Shown here one piece after another: positions 7,612-17,125 of a DNA stretch of 64,000 nt. The stretch is from the NCBI GenBank assembly GCA_036399335.1, contig DASWNF010000005.1, forward strand, positions 6,069 to 70,068, given 5' to 3'. The DNA comes from Minisyncoccota bacterium. Lineage in GTDB: Bacteria; Patescibacteriota; Minisyncoccia; Phycocordibacterales; Phycocordibacteraceae. The position numbers were made by a program, and so were the translations under genes. Within the stretch, counting starts at the first letter, position 1. Each line of letters starts with the position of its first letter. The notes beneath the pieces are model-generated. The model did no database searches. It worked only from the letters and a program-made list of their open reading frames with translations, and was not told where the DNA came from.

Positions 7612-9675
7612 ATGAATACTGAGCCTGAGGTCGGATACGAGATGTTGAGCCAAATGCTCGATGCGCTCGACTTCCCTGCATACACCTTCGATAAGGACAG
7701 GAAGGTTTTGTTTGCTAATGCCGCTATGCGGTCAGTACTCCCCGTTTCCCCGCCCGGCTCAGCCATCGGTGCCGGTGTGAAGGACTATTTCATCGAGCAC
7801 CAGTACTATGACGTCGACGGCAACCTGCTCGACTACCCGAACGACTCTGCCGTAGACCGTGCGCTCCGAGGCCAGGAGACGCGCGACCTCATGCTCGAGC
7901 ACCGCAACCTGAAGGACCACACGCATGAGTGGATCAGCGTGTCATGCGTCCCCGTCATGAAGGACGGCGCCTTCAGCTACGGCATCCTCTGGTATCGCGA
8001 CATTTCCCGCATACAGTCGCATGAAGCCAAGCTCCGTTTTCTCCTCAAGGCAACGCGCGTCCTTACGATAACGACCGACTTCCGGAAGCGCCTTCGCGAG
8101 AAGGCGGCGCTCGCCGTCCCCACCCTCGCTGACTGGTGCGGCATCGAGATCGTTACGCCCGACGGCATGCTTGAGCGCGTCGTGCTGGTGCATCGTGACC
8201 CGAAGAAAATCGAGTGGATTAAGGAATACGAAGAAAAGTACCTGAACCCAGCAGGGATCGAGAAGACTTCGGAACGCGTCATCCGCACCGGTAAGCCGGA
8301 ATTCACGCCCCGCGTGACCCGCGAAATGATCGAGCAAATACCGAATGTCACCGAGGAGCAGAAGCAGGATATCTACCGGCTCAGCCTGACCTCGATCATG
8401 GTGCTGCCCATCGGGAACCCTGACCGCAGGCTCGGCATCCTCACGCTCGCCTACGCCGAGTCCGGCCGCGAGTATACGGAGGAGGACTTCTCCTTCTTTG
8501 AGGAGTTTGCCCGTCACTTGGGCGTCCTCCTTGAGAACGCGCGGTTGTATAACGAGATAAACGAACGGGACCTCTACAAGGACATGTTCCTTGCTTCCCT
8601 TTCGCACGAGCTCCGGAACCCCCTTGCCCCAATCAAGACATCACTCGAGCTTTTGAAACTCCATAATCCTGAGGAGGCGACCGCGGCTGAGGTGAAGGTA
8701 ATCGAGCACCAGTTCGACCACATGGCGCGGCTCCTGAACGATCTTCTTGATGCGACGCGCTTCGTGCGCGGCAAGATCCGAATCGAGACCGAGGCCATAG
8801 ACCTGCGGGAAGTCCTCGATGATGTCGTAAAGGCCCACGAGCCGGTTGCGCGCGAGAAGACGGTCGAGCTCATTGTCGAGGTTGCGGATACCCCGCTTAT
8901 CGTAGACGCCGATCGCACCCGCATCGAGCAGGCCATGACGAACGTACTTGGTAATGCCGTTAAGTTTACGCCCGAAGGCGGGAAAGTGACAGTACGGGCG
9001 GCGCAGGACGGAAACGGGAATGCCGTGCTTACGATACAAGATACGGGCGTAGGCATTACGAGCGACGAGCTCGCACGCGTCTTCGAGCCGTATTACCAAA
9101 GCGAGCGCGTGAAGGGCGGCAATACCGGGCTCGGTATCGGCCTGCGCCTCGTGCATGAAATCATGCGCCTCCACGGGGGTACCATTACGGCGCAAAGCAG
9201 CGGCTCGGGGCTTGGAAGCGAATTCACGCTTACCTTGCCGCTTGCAAAGGCTGCTGAAGCCGCTACCATGCCCGAACCAGCACCATCCGTTATGTCCGCC
9301 CCCGAACCTGCCCTGCCCCCAAAGAACATACTGGTCATTGACGACAACCAGGCCGCTGCCGATGCCCTCGTGCGCCTCTTCAGTGCGCTCGGCTGGGATG
9401 CGGTCGCCCGGTACTCCGCACGTGAAGCCTTCGCCCACATGGACGAGTCGTCCGCCGACATCATTTTCGCCGACATCGGCATGCCTGAAATGAACGGATA
9501 TGAGTTCGTAAAGACCTTGCGCGAAAACGGGTATACGGACGTACCGGTCGTCGCACTTACGGGTTACGGCCTTGAGGAAGACCGCGAACGCGCGCTCGCT
9601 GCGGGCTTCAACGACCATCTCACGAAGCCCGTAGGCGTGGACGAGCTCCGCCGGGTTATCGAAGCGTTGACCTAG
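7612..9675 (+). CDS. hybrid sensor histidine kinase (PAS-GAF-HisKA-HATPase) with C-terminal receiver domain
   Basis: 687 aa; H-box LSHELRNPLAPI, N/G boxes (VLGNAVKFT, DTGVGI, GLGIGL), C-terminal REC (ILVIDDN...DIIFADIGMPEMNGYEF...LTKP). Confidence 0.9.
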   Translation: MNTEPEVGYEMLSQMLDALDFPAYTFDKDRKVLFANAAMRSVLPVSPPGSAIGAGVKDYFIEHQYYDVDGNLLDYPNDSAVDRALRGQETRDLMLEHRNLKDHTHEWISVSCVPVMKDGAFSYGILWYRDISRIQSHEAKLRFLLKATRVLTITTDFRKRLREKAALAVPTLADWCGIEIVTPDGMLERVVLVHRDPKKIEWIKEYEEKYLNPAGIEKTSERVIRTGKPEFTPRVTREMIEQIPNVTEEQKQDIYRLSLTSIMVLPIGNPDRRLGILTLAYAESGREYTEEDFSFFEEFARHLGVLLENARLYNEINERDLYKDMFLASLSHELRNPLAPIKTSLELLKLHNPEEATAAEVKVIEHQFDHMARLLNDLLDATRFVRGKIRIETEAIDLREVLDDVVKAHEPVAREKTVELIVEVADTPLIVDADRTRIEQAMTNVLGNAVKFTPEGGKVTVRAAQDGNGNAVLTIQDTGVGITSDELARVFEPYYQSERVKGGNTGLGIGLRLVHEIMRLHGGTITAQSSGSGLGSEFTLTLPLAKAAEAATMPEPAPSVMSAPEPALPPKNILVIDDNQAAADALVRLFSALGWDAVARYSAREAFAHMDESSADIIFADIGMPEMNGYEFVKTLRENGYTDVPVVALTGYGLEEDRERALAAGFNDHLTKPVGVDELRRVIEALT

Positions 9676-9728
9676 TCGCTTTTTTATACGGGCGTGGTAT
9701 AACGCTCTTAGGAAACGGGAGATAGGAC

Positions 9729-9956
9729 ATGTTCGAAAATCATGACTGGACCATTCCGGTCCTCATCATCGCCTGCCTCTTCGTGCTGCTTTGGATCCGT
9801 GTGCTTCGACACATCGACGCCTGGCGCATGCGCTGCGAAGCCGCGACGAGGGAGCGTATCCTTTCCGAGGAGCGCAGGCGCGAGGACGAGGAGCGCAGGC
9901 GCGAGGACAATCAATGCGGGCGGGGGTCGTACGAGGTGACGGATGTTGTCGCTTAA
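9729..9956 (+). CDS. small membrane protein with charged EERRRED repeat tail
   Basis: 75 aa, one TM helix, GGGAGATAGGAC SD-like upstream; contains perfect 21-bp tandem duplication. Confidence 0.35.
   Translation: MFENHDWTIPVLIIACLFVLLWIRVLRHIDAWRMRCEAATRERILSEERRREDEERRREDNQCGRGSYEVTDVVA
9867..9908 (+). repeat. perfect 21-bp x2 tandem repeat (GAGGAGCGCAGGCGCGAGGAC) in-frame
   Basis: two identical adjacent copies encoding EERRRED twice. Confidence 0.8.
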
Positions 9957-9998
9957 GGGACTACGGAGAGGCACTGCCCCCGTAGTCCCTCTCTTTTA
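9957..9998. terminator. bidirectional hairpin GGGACTACGG-loop-CCGTAGTCCC then TCTCTTTTA
   Basis: perfect 10-bp stem between convergent genes 9729..9956(+) and 9996..10754(-). Confidence 0.55.
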
Positions 9999-10754
9999 CG
10001 TAAGCAGGCCTTGGAGCTCCTCGGCGTTCCGCAGCGCATGCCCGCCGATGTCGTTATTGAAGTATACATATACGCGCTTTCCGCCCTTCCCTGCCTTACG
10101 GATAAATGACGCCCAGTCCTTGAGTTCGCTCGTCGAGTACGGCGAGGCAAAAAGCTCCTTGGGGCCGTGGAGGCGCAGGTAGCTGAAGTCGGCGGTCAGT
10201 TCGCGTGCTTCGGGATAGCGTGAAGACTGTGCGGCGACGAGCGCGACGTTATGCTTCCGCAGGAGCGCGAACGTGTCGTCATTGAACCAATCCTTGGCGC
10301 GGAATTCTATGGCAATGTCCGGCGGGTGCGCCTTTGACCGCGCGGCCTCGGTAAAGTGCGCGAGGAAGGTATCAACGCGCGCCAAGTCCTGCTTGAAGCT
10401 CGGCGGAAGCTGTACGACGATGGCGCCGAGCTTGGGGCCCAGTATTTGCGTGGTCGTGAGTATGTAGTCGATGCGCTCCCGTACGGCCTCGGTGAGGTTA
10501 AGGCGGTGGATGTGCGTAATGAAGCGGTTTAGCTTGAGTGAGAAGGTAAATCCTTCGGGGGTCATGCGATCCCAGGTCTTGTAGGTCGACTCCTTGCTTA
10601 TGCGATAGAAAGACGAGTTATTCTCGACGCTCGAGAAGTGCTCGGAAAAGAAGCGCAGCTCGTTATACCCCTTTACCTCGGGCGGATAGAATACGCCATT
10701 CCAGTGGTTGTAGTGCCAGCCGGACGTCCCGATGCACAGGTGCTTTGTACGCAT
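9996..10754 (-). CDS. DUF72 (UPF0759/YecE-like) TIM-barrel protein
   Basis: 252 aa with the DUF72 hallmarks: N-terminal CIGTSGWHYNHWNGVFYP and LRFFSEHFSSVENNSSFY, length typical. Confidence 0.8.
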   Translation of the reverse strand: MRTKHLCIGTSGWHYNHWNGVFYPPEVKGYNELRFFSEHFSSVENNSSFYRISKESTYKTWDRMTPEGFTFSLKLNRFITHIHRLNLTEAVRERIDYILTTTQILGPKLGAIVVQLPPSFKQDLARVDTFLAHFTEAARSKAHPPDIAIEFRAKDWFNDDTFALLRKHNVALVAAQSSRYPEARELTADFSYLRLHGPKELFASPYSTSELKDWASFIRKAGKGGKRVYVYFNNDIGGHALRNAEELQGLLT

Positions 10755-10837
10755 CCCCTACTCATACCCCACGCCGGATGAGCCATTCGTTAACGCCTCA
10801 TCAATAGTTCATAGCTTCCCGCTTAGTATGCTTTCAT

Positions 10838-11629
10838 ATGCGGCCTATCTGGTCAGGAGCCCTCACCTTCGGGCTCATCAATATACCCGTGAAGCTCTAC
10901 AGCGCGTCCGAGGAGCGTGCGCTCAAGTTCAAGATGCTTACCAAGCACGGTAATTGCCCCATCAGCTACCTCAAGGTCGTCCGTGGCACGAACAAGGAGG
11001 TTCCCTACGAGGACATCGTAAAGGGGTATGAATACCAGAAGGGCGACTATGTCGTACTCACCGACGACGACTTCAGGAAGGCGTCGCCCCGAAAGACGAA
11101 GACCGTCGATGTCGTGAGCTTCGTCGACGAGGACGAGATAGATAGCCGGTACGTGAACAAACCCTATTACCTCGAGCCCGATCCCAAGGCCGAAAAGGCG
11201 TACGTACTCCTGCGCGAGGCGCTCCGCCGCGCAAAGAAAGTGGGCGTCGCCACCTTCGTGCTTCGCGATAAGGAACATGTGGCCATGATCCGTCCTGAAG
11301 GCCATGCGCTCATGCTCGTGCAGCTCCGGTATGAGGACGAAATCCGGAAGCCCGAAGACCTGAAGCTGCCGAAGGACGCTAAGTACTCGGAGAAAGAACT
11401 CAAGATGGCGCTTGCCTTGATCGGGCAGCTCGAGGAGCATTTTAATGCGAAGGAGTTTAAGGACACGTATACGGAAGAACTCGAGAAGGTCATCGCAAAG
11501 AAGGCCAAGGGCCAGACGGTGAAAGTGAGCGGCGAGGACGCCGCTCCGGTACCGACCGACATGAAGAACCTCATGGAGGCGCTCCGCAAGAGCCTTGAGG
11601 AAGAACAAAAGCGCCCCGTGCGCGCATAG
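10838..11629 (+). CDS. ku: non-homologous end-joining protein Ku
   Basis: 263 aa; N-terminal MRPIWSGALTFGLINIPVKLYSA... and core typical of bacterial Ku; immediately upstream of ligD. Confidence 0.9.
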   Translation: MRPIWSGALTFGLINIPVKLYSASEERALKFKMLTKHGNCPISYLKVVRGTNKEVPYEDIVKGYEYQKGDYVVLTDDDFRKASPRKTKTVDVVSFVDEDEIDSRYVNKPYYLEPDPKAEKAYVLLREALRRAKKVGVATFVLRDKEHVAMIRPEGHALMLVQLRYEDEIRKPEDLKLPKDAKYSEKELKMALALIGQLEEHFNAKEFKDTYTEELEKVIAKKAKGQTVKVSGEDAAPVPTDMKNLMEALRKSLEEEQKRPVRA

Positions 11630-11641
11630 CTGCCGCTCCCT

Positions 11642-14200
11642 ATGTCACTACTCGGCGAGTACAACCGCAAGCGTTCCTTCAAGAAGACGCCCGAGCCGAA
11701 GGGCGCCGTTAAGAAGTCCGCCGGCCCGCTCCATTTCGTCGTCCAGAAGCATGACGCCACGCGCCTCCACTATGACTTCCGTCTCGAGATCGATGGCGTG
11801 CTCAAGAGCTGGGCAGTGCCGAAGGGGCCTTCCCTGAACCCGTCCGACAAGCGCCTCGCCATGATGACGGAAGACCACCCGTATTCGTATAAGGACTTCG
11901 AGGGCGTTATCCCTGCGGGCGAATATGGCGGGGGCGACGTAATCGTCTGGGACACCGGGGTCTTCGCAAGCAGCGAGTCGTCAGGCCCGGAGGATGGCCA
12001 CAAGAAGCTCAAGTCCGGGCTCCATAGAGGCGAGCTGTCATTCGTACTGTTTGGCGAGAAGCTCAAAGGAGGGTTCAAGCTCGTGAAGATACAAAACGGC
12101 AAGGAGGACAACGCCTGGCTCCTTATGAAGGCAAAGGACGAGTATGCTGAAAAACGCGACGTCACCGAAGATACCGCCTCCGTGCTCTCGGGGCGCATAC
12201 TTCCCCGCGATGTCCCTGGTAAGTTAGTGAAAAAGGGCGCGGGCCTGCAGGCAGTTACTGCCGGTATGCCGAAAAAGGAAAAGACCCCCGCGCCTCCCGC
12301 AAAGAAGGCCAAACGAGGCACGGACCCGATGCCCCGCGACGTGAGCCCCATGCTCGCGACGCTTATCGATGCGCCCTTCGACCGCGCCGGGTGGATATAC
12401 GAGATGAAGTGGGACGGCTACCGGGCAGTAGCCGAGGTAGAAGGCGGCGACGTGCGGCTCTACTCACGTAACGGCAAGTCGTTTGCCGGCACCTACACTC
12501 CCGTCGTTACGGCACTCAAAAGTCTCGGGCACGATGCCGTGCTCGACGGCGAGATAATCGCGCTTAAGGACGGCCGTCCTGATTTCCACGCGCTCCAACA
12601 ATATAAGGACGCGCCCGTCCCGCTCCAGTACGCCATCTTCGACGCCCTATGGATTAACGGCGAGGACTTGCGCGAGCTCCCGCTCATTGAGCGTAAGGAG
12701 CGTCTTGTCGGCATAATTCCCGAAAGCCCCCACCTCTTCGTAAGCGAGCACATCGAGGAGCACGGCACGGCTTTTTTCGAGGAGATGCGCAAGCAATCCT
12801 TCGAGGGCATGCTCGCCAAAGACGGCCAAAGCCGGTACGTGACGAAGTCTCGCTCGAAGTCCTGGCTCAAGGTGAAGACGAGCAACGAGCAGGAGGCCGT
12901 TATCGTCGGCTACACCGAACCGCGCGGTTCACGTAAGAGCCTCGGCGCGCTCGTACTCGCGGCGCACATTAATGGGGTGCTTACCTACATCGGCCACAGC
13001 GGCGGCGGCTTTACGGGCAAGGAGCTCGCCGACCTGTGCAAGAAACTGTCGAAGGTTAAGGTGAATAAATCTCCCATCGCGGAAAAGGTCCCCATCAACT
13101 CCCCCATTACCTGGGTAAAGCCTCACTACGTGTGCCAGGTGAAGTTTACCGAATGGACGCCAAGTGGGCGCATGCGCCACCCTATTTACGTAGGGCTGCG
13201 GGTAGATAAGGAGGCGAAGGACGTCGTGAAGGAATCTCCCGAGGACGTAGGTGGAGGTAGTGAACTTACACCCACACCACCGAAGAAGGCGGCTGCACGT
13301 GCAAAGGCCGCCACAGCGACTGAAACCCCGTTTACGAACCTTACGAAGGTGTACTGGGAGGAGGAAGGCATTACGAAGGGCGACCTCATCGACTACTACC
13401 AGGCAATGGCGCCCCTCATGCTCCCCTACCTCAAGGACCGCCCTGAAAACTTAAACCGGCACCCGAACGGCTGGAAGGGCAAGAATTTCTACCAGAAGGA
13501 CATGAAGGCCGAGCTCCCCGACTTCGCGCGGTCAGTCGAGATATGGTCGGAGAGCAACAAGGCGGAGCTCCGGTATCTCGTCTGCGACAATGAGGAGACC
13601 CTGCTCTATATGGCAAACCTCGGCTGCATTGAAATTAACCCGTGGAATTCGCGCGTCACTTCGATCGATAATCCGGACTACATGGTATTCGACCTTGATC
13701 CCGATACCAATACGATGGACGAGCTCGTCGAAGTAGCGCAGGAATTCCATAAGGTACTTACGCGTGCGTGCGAGGAGCACTATATAAAGACTTCCGGCAA
13801 GACCGGGCTCCATATCTACGTACCGCTTAACGGCCGCTACGGCTACGACCAGATACGCACCTTCTCGGAGCTTGTCTGCCGACTCGTGCACCGGAAATTC
13901 CCGAAGAATACGAGTCTTGAGCGGAGCGTCTCAAAACGCAAGGGACAAATATACCTCGATTATATGCAGAATCGCTTCGGGCAGACTATTGCTGCGCCGT
14001 ATTCCGTGCGTCCAGCAGCAGGCGCGACGGTCTCTACGCCGCTCGAATGGAGCGAGGTGCGCAAAGGGCTCGACCCGACCAAGTTTACGATCAAGACTAT
14101 CGGGAAGCGCCTCGAGAAAAAAGGAGACCTCTGGGAACCCGTACTCGGGAAGGGCGTCGACCTCGCGGCCTCGATCAAGTGCCTTGAGGCGGAGTTCTAG
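11642..14200 (+). CDS. ligD: multidomain ATP-dependent DNA ligase LigD (phosphoesterase - ligase - polymerase/primase)
   Basis: 852 aa; N-terminal PE domain (HFVVQKHDATRLHYDFRLE), ligase motif I EMKWDGYR, C-terminal primase-like polymerase domain (MVFDLDPD...). Confidence 0.92.
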   Translation: MSLLGEYNRKRSFKKTPEPKGAVKKSAGPLHFVVQKHDATRLHYDFRLEIDGVLKSWAVPKGPSLNPSDKRLAMMTEDHPYSYKDFEGVIPAGEYGGGDVIVWDTGVFASSESSGPEDGHKKLKSGLHRGELSFVLFGEKLKGGFKLVKIQNGKEDNAWLLMKAKDEYAEKRDVTEDTASVLSGRILPRDVPGKLVKKGAGLQAVTAGMPKKEKTPAPPAKKAKRGTDPMPRDVSPMLATLIDAPFDRAGWIYEMKWDGYRAVAEVEGGDVRLYSRNGKSFAGTYTPVVTALKSLGHDAVLDGEIIALKDGRPDFHALQQYKDAPVPLQYAIFDALWINGEDLRELPLIERKERLVGIIPESPHLFVSEHIEEHGTAFFEEMRKQSFEGMLAKDGQSRYVTKSRSKSWLKVKTSNEQEAVIVGYTEPRGSRKSLGALVLAAHINGVLTYIGHSGGGFTGKELADLCKKLSKVKVNKSPIAEKVPINSPITWVKPHYVCQVKFTEWTPSGRMRHPIYVGLRVDKEAKDVVKESPEDVGGGSELTPTPPKKAAARAKAATATETPFTNLTKVYWEEEGITKGDLIDYYQAMAPLMLPYLKDRPENLNRHPNGWKGKNFYQKDMKAELPDFARSVEIWSESNKAELRYLVCDNEETLLYMANLGCIEINPWNSRVTSIDNPDYMVFDLDPDTNTMDELVEVAQEFHKVLTRACEEHYIKTSGKTGLHIYVPLNGRYGYDQIRTFSELVCRLVHRKFPKNTSLERSVSKRKGQIYLDYMQNRFGQTIAAPYSVRPAAGATVSTPLEWSEVRKGLDPTKFTIKTIGKRLEKKGDLWEPVLGKGVDLAASIKCLEAEF

Positions 14201-14253
14201 CTTACGTCGCGGAAAGGTCTTCTCTTGCGCAAGCCTAAGCCGCTTTGAGTAAT

Positions 14254-14291
14254 GCAAAAGGCCCGCGGCTATGCCGCGGGCCTTTTGCATT
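14254..14291. terminator. bidirectional intrinsic terminator GCAAAAGGCCCGCGGC-TAT-GCCGCGGGCCTTTTGC
   Basis: perfect 16-bp inverted repeat flanked by A-tract and T-tract, between ligD(+) and 14302..15405(-). Confidence 0.75.
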
Positions 14292-14301
14292 ACGCTCTAG
14301 C

Positions 14302-15405
14302 TTACTGGATGTTCCAGACGTTGCCGCGGATCGGGAACGTGCCGGCGATGCTCTTTGCGTTTGAGATGACCGAGACGACATCGAGGACCACCGTGCTGCC
14401 TGCCTGGACGCTCGAGCCGAGAAGGGCCTTCACCGTGAAGAGTTTGAACTTTCCCGGTTCGATGGTTGCGTCCGAAGGCGCGATGGCGACGCCGTTCTTG
14501 AACGATGCCTTTGCCGATGCGCGCGATGCACCGAGGTTATCGAGCGAGGAGAGCTCGGTGACCACGCTTACGGACGCCGTACCGCTCTGGCGGACGCCGA
14601 AGCCCGAGATGTGTACGGCTTCCGTACCGCGGTTGCGAACCTCGATGAGCGTAGCGGCAATGTTGCCCCCGGCCGTCGTGCTGCCGCCCATGCCAAGCGG
14701 GATCATGCCGACGGAGAGTACGCCATTGGACTTGGCTGGAGCCTTGTCATCGTCATCGTTGTCCTTGGTCGTTGTGCCGATGGTTACCTCCTTAGTCTCG
14801 ATGAGGTTGAGCTCGTAGCTCTTGTCGCCGTAGAGGCGTACCTCGTACTCACCGGAAGCAAGGCGCTTAGAAAGCGAGACATTCCACTTCCCTTTCTTGA
14901 CCGAGATGTTCTCCTTCTTGAAGACGGCCTTTTTCGTGCCCTCCTTGTAGACTTCGACGCCTACTTTCTTGGTACCCTCGGCGGTGCCGGAGAGGGTCTG
15001 CTTGTTGGCATTCTTGGTGAGCCCCGAGGTCGTGATCGTACCCTCGGCTACGTATGCCGTGAATTCACAGGTTGCCTTCTTGGAACCGTTTTCGACGACG
15101 AGCTTGTAGGTCGTGGTCTTCTCAGGCGAGAATTCTTCGCTGTCCGAGAGCTTCACTTCTTCGCCGTTCAGTTCGGCCTCCTTGCCGTTCTTCGATGACC
15201 ATTCAATCTCGAGGTCTTCGCCTTCGGCAACGAGGATCTTGGCTTTATTCTTAAGCGTCACTTCCCCTTCCTCCGTGGTTACGGAGACGGTGCAGGACGG
15301 GTTCTTGGTCGCTGCTGCTGCCGAAAGCGGCATAAAGCTGGCGAGCAAGAATGCAGCTCCCATAAGGACTGCTGATATAGGTGCTTGTAGTGCGGTTGTT
15401 TGCAT
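14302..15405 (-). CDS. secreted Lys/Thr-rich repeat protein (Ig-like beta-rich surface protein)
   Basis: start taken at Met preceding signal peptide MQTTALQAPISAVLMGAAFLLASFMPLSAAAA; repetitive K/T/E/G-rich modules, acidic DDDD linker. Confidence 0.5.
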   Translation of the reverse strand: MQTTALQAPISAVLMGAAFLLASFMPLSAAAATKNPSCTVSVTTEEGEVTLKNKAKILVAEGEDLEIEWSSKNGKEAELNGEEVKLSDSEEFSPEKTTTYKLVVENGSKKATCEFTAYVAEGTITTSGLTKNANKQTLSGTAEGTKKVGVEVYKEGTKKAVFKKENISVKKGKWNVSLSKRLASGEYEVRLYGDKSYELNLIETKEVTIGTTTKDNDDDDKAPAKSNGVLSVGMIPLGMGGSTTAGGNIAATLIEVRNRGTEAVHISGFGVRQSGTASVSVVTELSSLDNLGASRASAKASFKNGVAIAPSDATIEPGKFKLFTVKALLGSSVQAGSTVVLDVVSVISNAKSIAGTFPIRGNVWNIQ

Positions 15406-15456
15406 AAGGGTAAGTATACGTGGCCTATTTTTAATGGAAAGCTGAGCCGTGGGCAC

Positions 15457-15489
15457 AAAAACACGCCCCGGCTAGCGGGGCGTGTTTTC
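15457..15489. terminator. bidirectional terminator ACACGCCCCG-loop-CGGGGCGTGT flanked by A5 and T4
   Basis: perfect 10-bp stem. Confidence 0.65.
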
Positions 15490-15513
15490 ATTGAACGTGA
15501 TGCGAGTTAATGC

Positions 15514-15750
15514 CTAGGCACCAGCTACGTCGTCACCGACAAGATTCTGATCGTCCGTGCTGTCAATAAGCATGACACCACTGCGAGCGTGAATTGCCGG
15601 AGCCGTACGGATCGCGGTGTTCGGGTCCGTGGCCTCAACCGTGCGCACCTCACCAGCCTGGTTTACGTATGCGTACATCGCTGCGGATGCAGGAGATGCG
15701 ACGAGTACGAAAGCACCTAGGGCGAGAGTTCCAAGAAGATACTTTTTCAT
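15514..15750 (-). CDS. small secreted protein (signal peptide)
   Basis: 78 aa from Met of MKKYLLGTLALGAFVLVASPASAAMYAYV; AT-rich promoter-like region upstream. Confidence 0.4.
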   Translation of the reverse strand: MKKYLLGTLALGAFVLVASPASAAMYAYVNQAGEVRTVEATDPNTAIRTAPAIHARSGVMLIDSTDDQNLVGDDVAGA

Positions 15751-15851
15751 AGCAGTCGTTATTAGGTAGGATGCCAACGGCTATCCTTAAACTCTAGTAT
15801 AGCAGGTACCTATGAACGTTTCATGAATGGCTGAGCTTAACTTCAATCAGC

Positions 15852-17060
15852 TCATTTCGGCTCAAAAAGTCCGGTAAGGTCTTCATAGGTCTGGCGGCGT
15901 TTCGTAAGGCGGAGGTCATCCCCGTCTATCAGCACTTCGACTGCCGTCCCTCGCATGTTATACGTCGAGCTCATGGAGCTCCCGTACCCGCCTGCGACCA
16001 ATAGGGCGACAAGGTCCCCTTCCTCGGGGCTCGCGAGCTCGATGTCCCGGTTCATGACGTCTCCGGTCTCGCACAGGTTTCCGGCGACGACGACCGGCAC
16101 GGCTTCACCTTCAGGCTTTGAGAGGTTTACGACATGATGGTACGCGCCGTACATCGCCGGACGGACGAGATGGTTGAAGCCCGTATCAAGCCCGACGAAG
16201 GTGCGTCCGCCCTTCTCCTTTATGGTCGTGATGCGCGACAGCAGCACGGTCGATGCGGACACCAGGTACTTGCCGGGTTCAAGGTAGAGCGTGAGCGCGC
16301 GTCCGGTGCGCGCCGTAAAGTCCGCGAGCGTGCCGCGCGCGGACGCGGCCAAGGCCTCAATGTCGATCTCGCTTTGTTCAAGACGGTACGGTACGCCGAA
16401 GCCCCCTCCCAGGTCTATAAACAAGGCGTCTTCGAACCGTTCGGCAATCCCGGCAACGGCGACCATGGCCTGGCTCAGGGCCGAGGCCTCATAAAAGCCC
16501 GACCCAATGTGGCAGTGGATGCCGACGATGGCGACGCCTGCGGCGTCGCAGATGCGCTTGGCTTCGTCGACGTCAGAAAGCGCAATACCGAATTTAGACT
16601 CGACGTTACCTGTCGTCACTTGCTCAAATTCCCCTGCCCCCACTTCAGGGCATATGCGCACCGATACGCGGTCATTCGGGAAGAGCCTGCAGAAGCGGCG
16701 TATCTCGGAAAGTGAGCCGAGGTTCTGGAGCACGCCCTTCGTGCCTGCATAGCGAAGTTCGTCATCGGACGGGTTGCTTGGCGTATAGAGCACCTGGTCG
16801 GGCGTGAAGCCTAGCTCGAGGGCAAGGCGTATCTCATGCGGGGAGACGGCGTCGATGCCGTCTATCCCGGCTTCTTTAAGGACGCCTACGATATGCGGGT
16901 TGTAGTTTGCCTTAACGGCATAGAAAAGCTTCGTCTCCGCGCCGAAGGCTGCGCGCATCTTCCGCACCTGTGCGCGGAGCGTGCTTGCGTCCGTAACGAA
17001 TGCCGGCGTGCCGTGCAGGGTTGCTACGGATTCGGCGTGCGCTCTTGAAGGGGTGTACAT
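15852..17060 (-). CDS. lysA: PLP-dependent decarboxylase, diaminopimelate decarboxylase family (fold-III Orn/DAP/Arg decarboxylase)
   Basis: motifs FYAVKAN (PLP Lys), HCHIGSG, YLEPGKYLV, CETGDV...GGYGSSMSSTYNMR; start set to MYTPSRAH (17060) to leave a promoter spacer before divergent M23 gene; track ORF extends to 17123. Confidence 0.8.
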   Translation of the reverse strand: MYTPSRAHAESVATLHGTPAFVTDASTLRAQVRKMRAAFGAETKLFYAVKANYNPHIVGVLKEAGIDGIDAVSPHEIRLALELGFTPDQVLYTPSNPSDDELRYAGTKGVLQNLGSLSEIRRFCRLFPNDRVSVRICPEVGAGEFEQVTTGNVESKFGIALSDVDEAKRICDAAGVAIVGIHCHIGSGFYEASALSQAMVAVAGIAERFEDALFIDLGGGFGVPYRLEQSEIDIEALAASARGTLADFTARTGRALTLYLEPGKYLVSASTVLLSRITTIKEKGGRTFVGLDTGFNHLVRPAMYGAYHHVVNLSKPEGEAVPVVVAGNLCETGDVMNRDIELASPEEGDLVALLVAGGYGSSMSSTYNMRGTAVEVLIDGDDLRLTKRRQTYEDLTGLFEPK

Positions 17061-17125
17061 CCCTTCACCATACCAGAAGCCCGATTCTCGGCTGTGGAAA
17101 AGCGAATCTGCTAGAATGCCCACCT

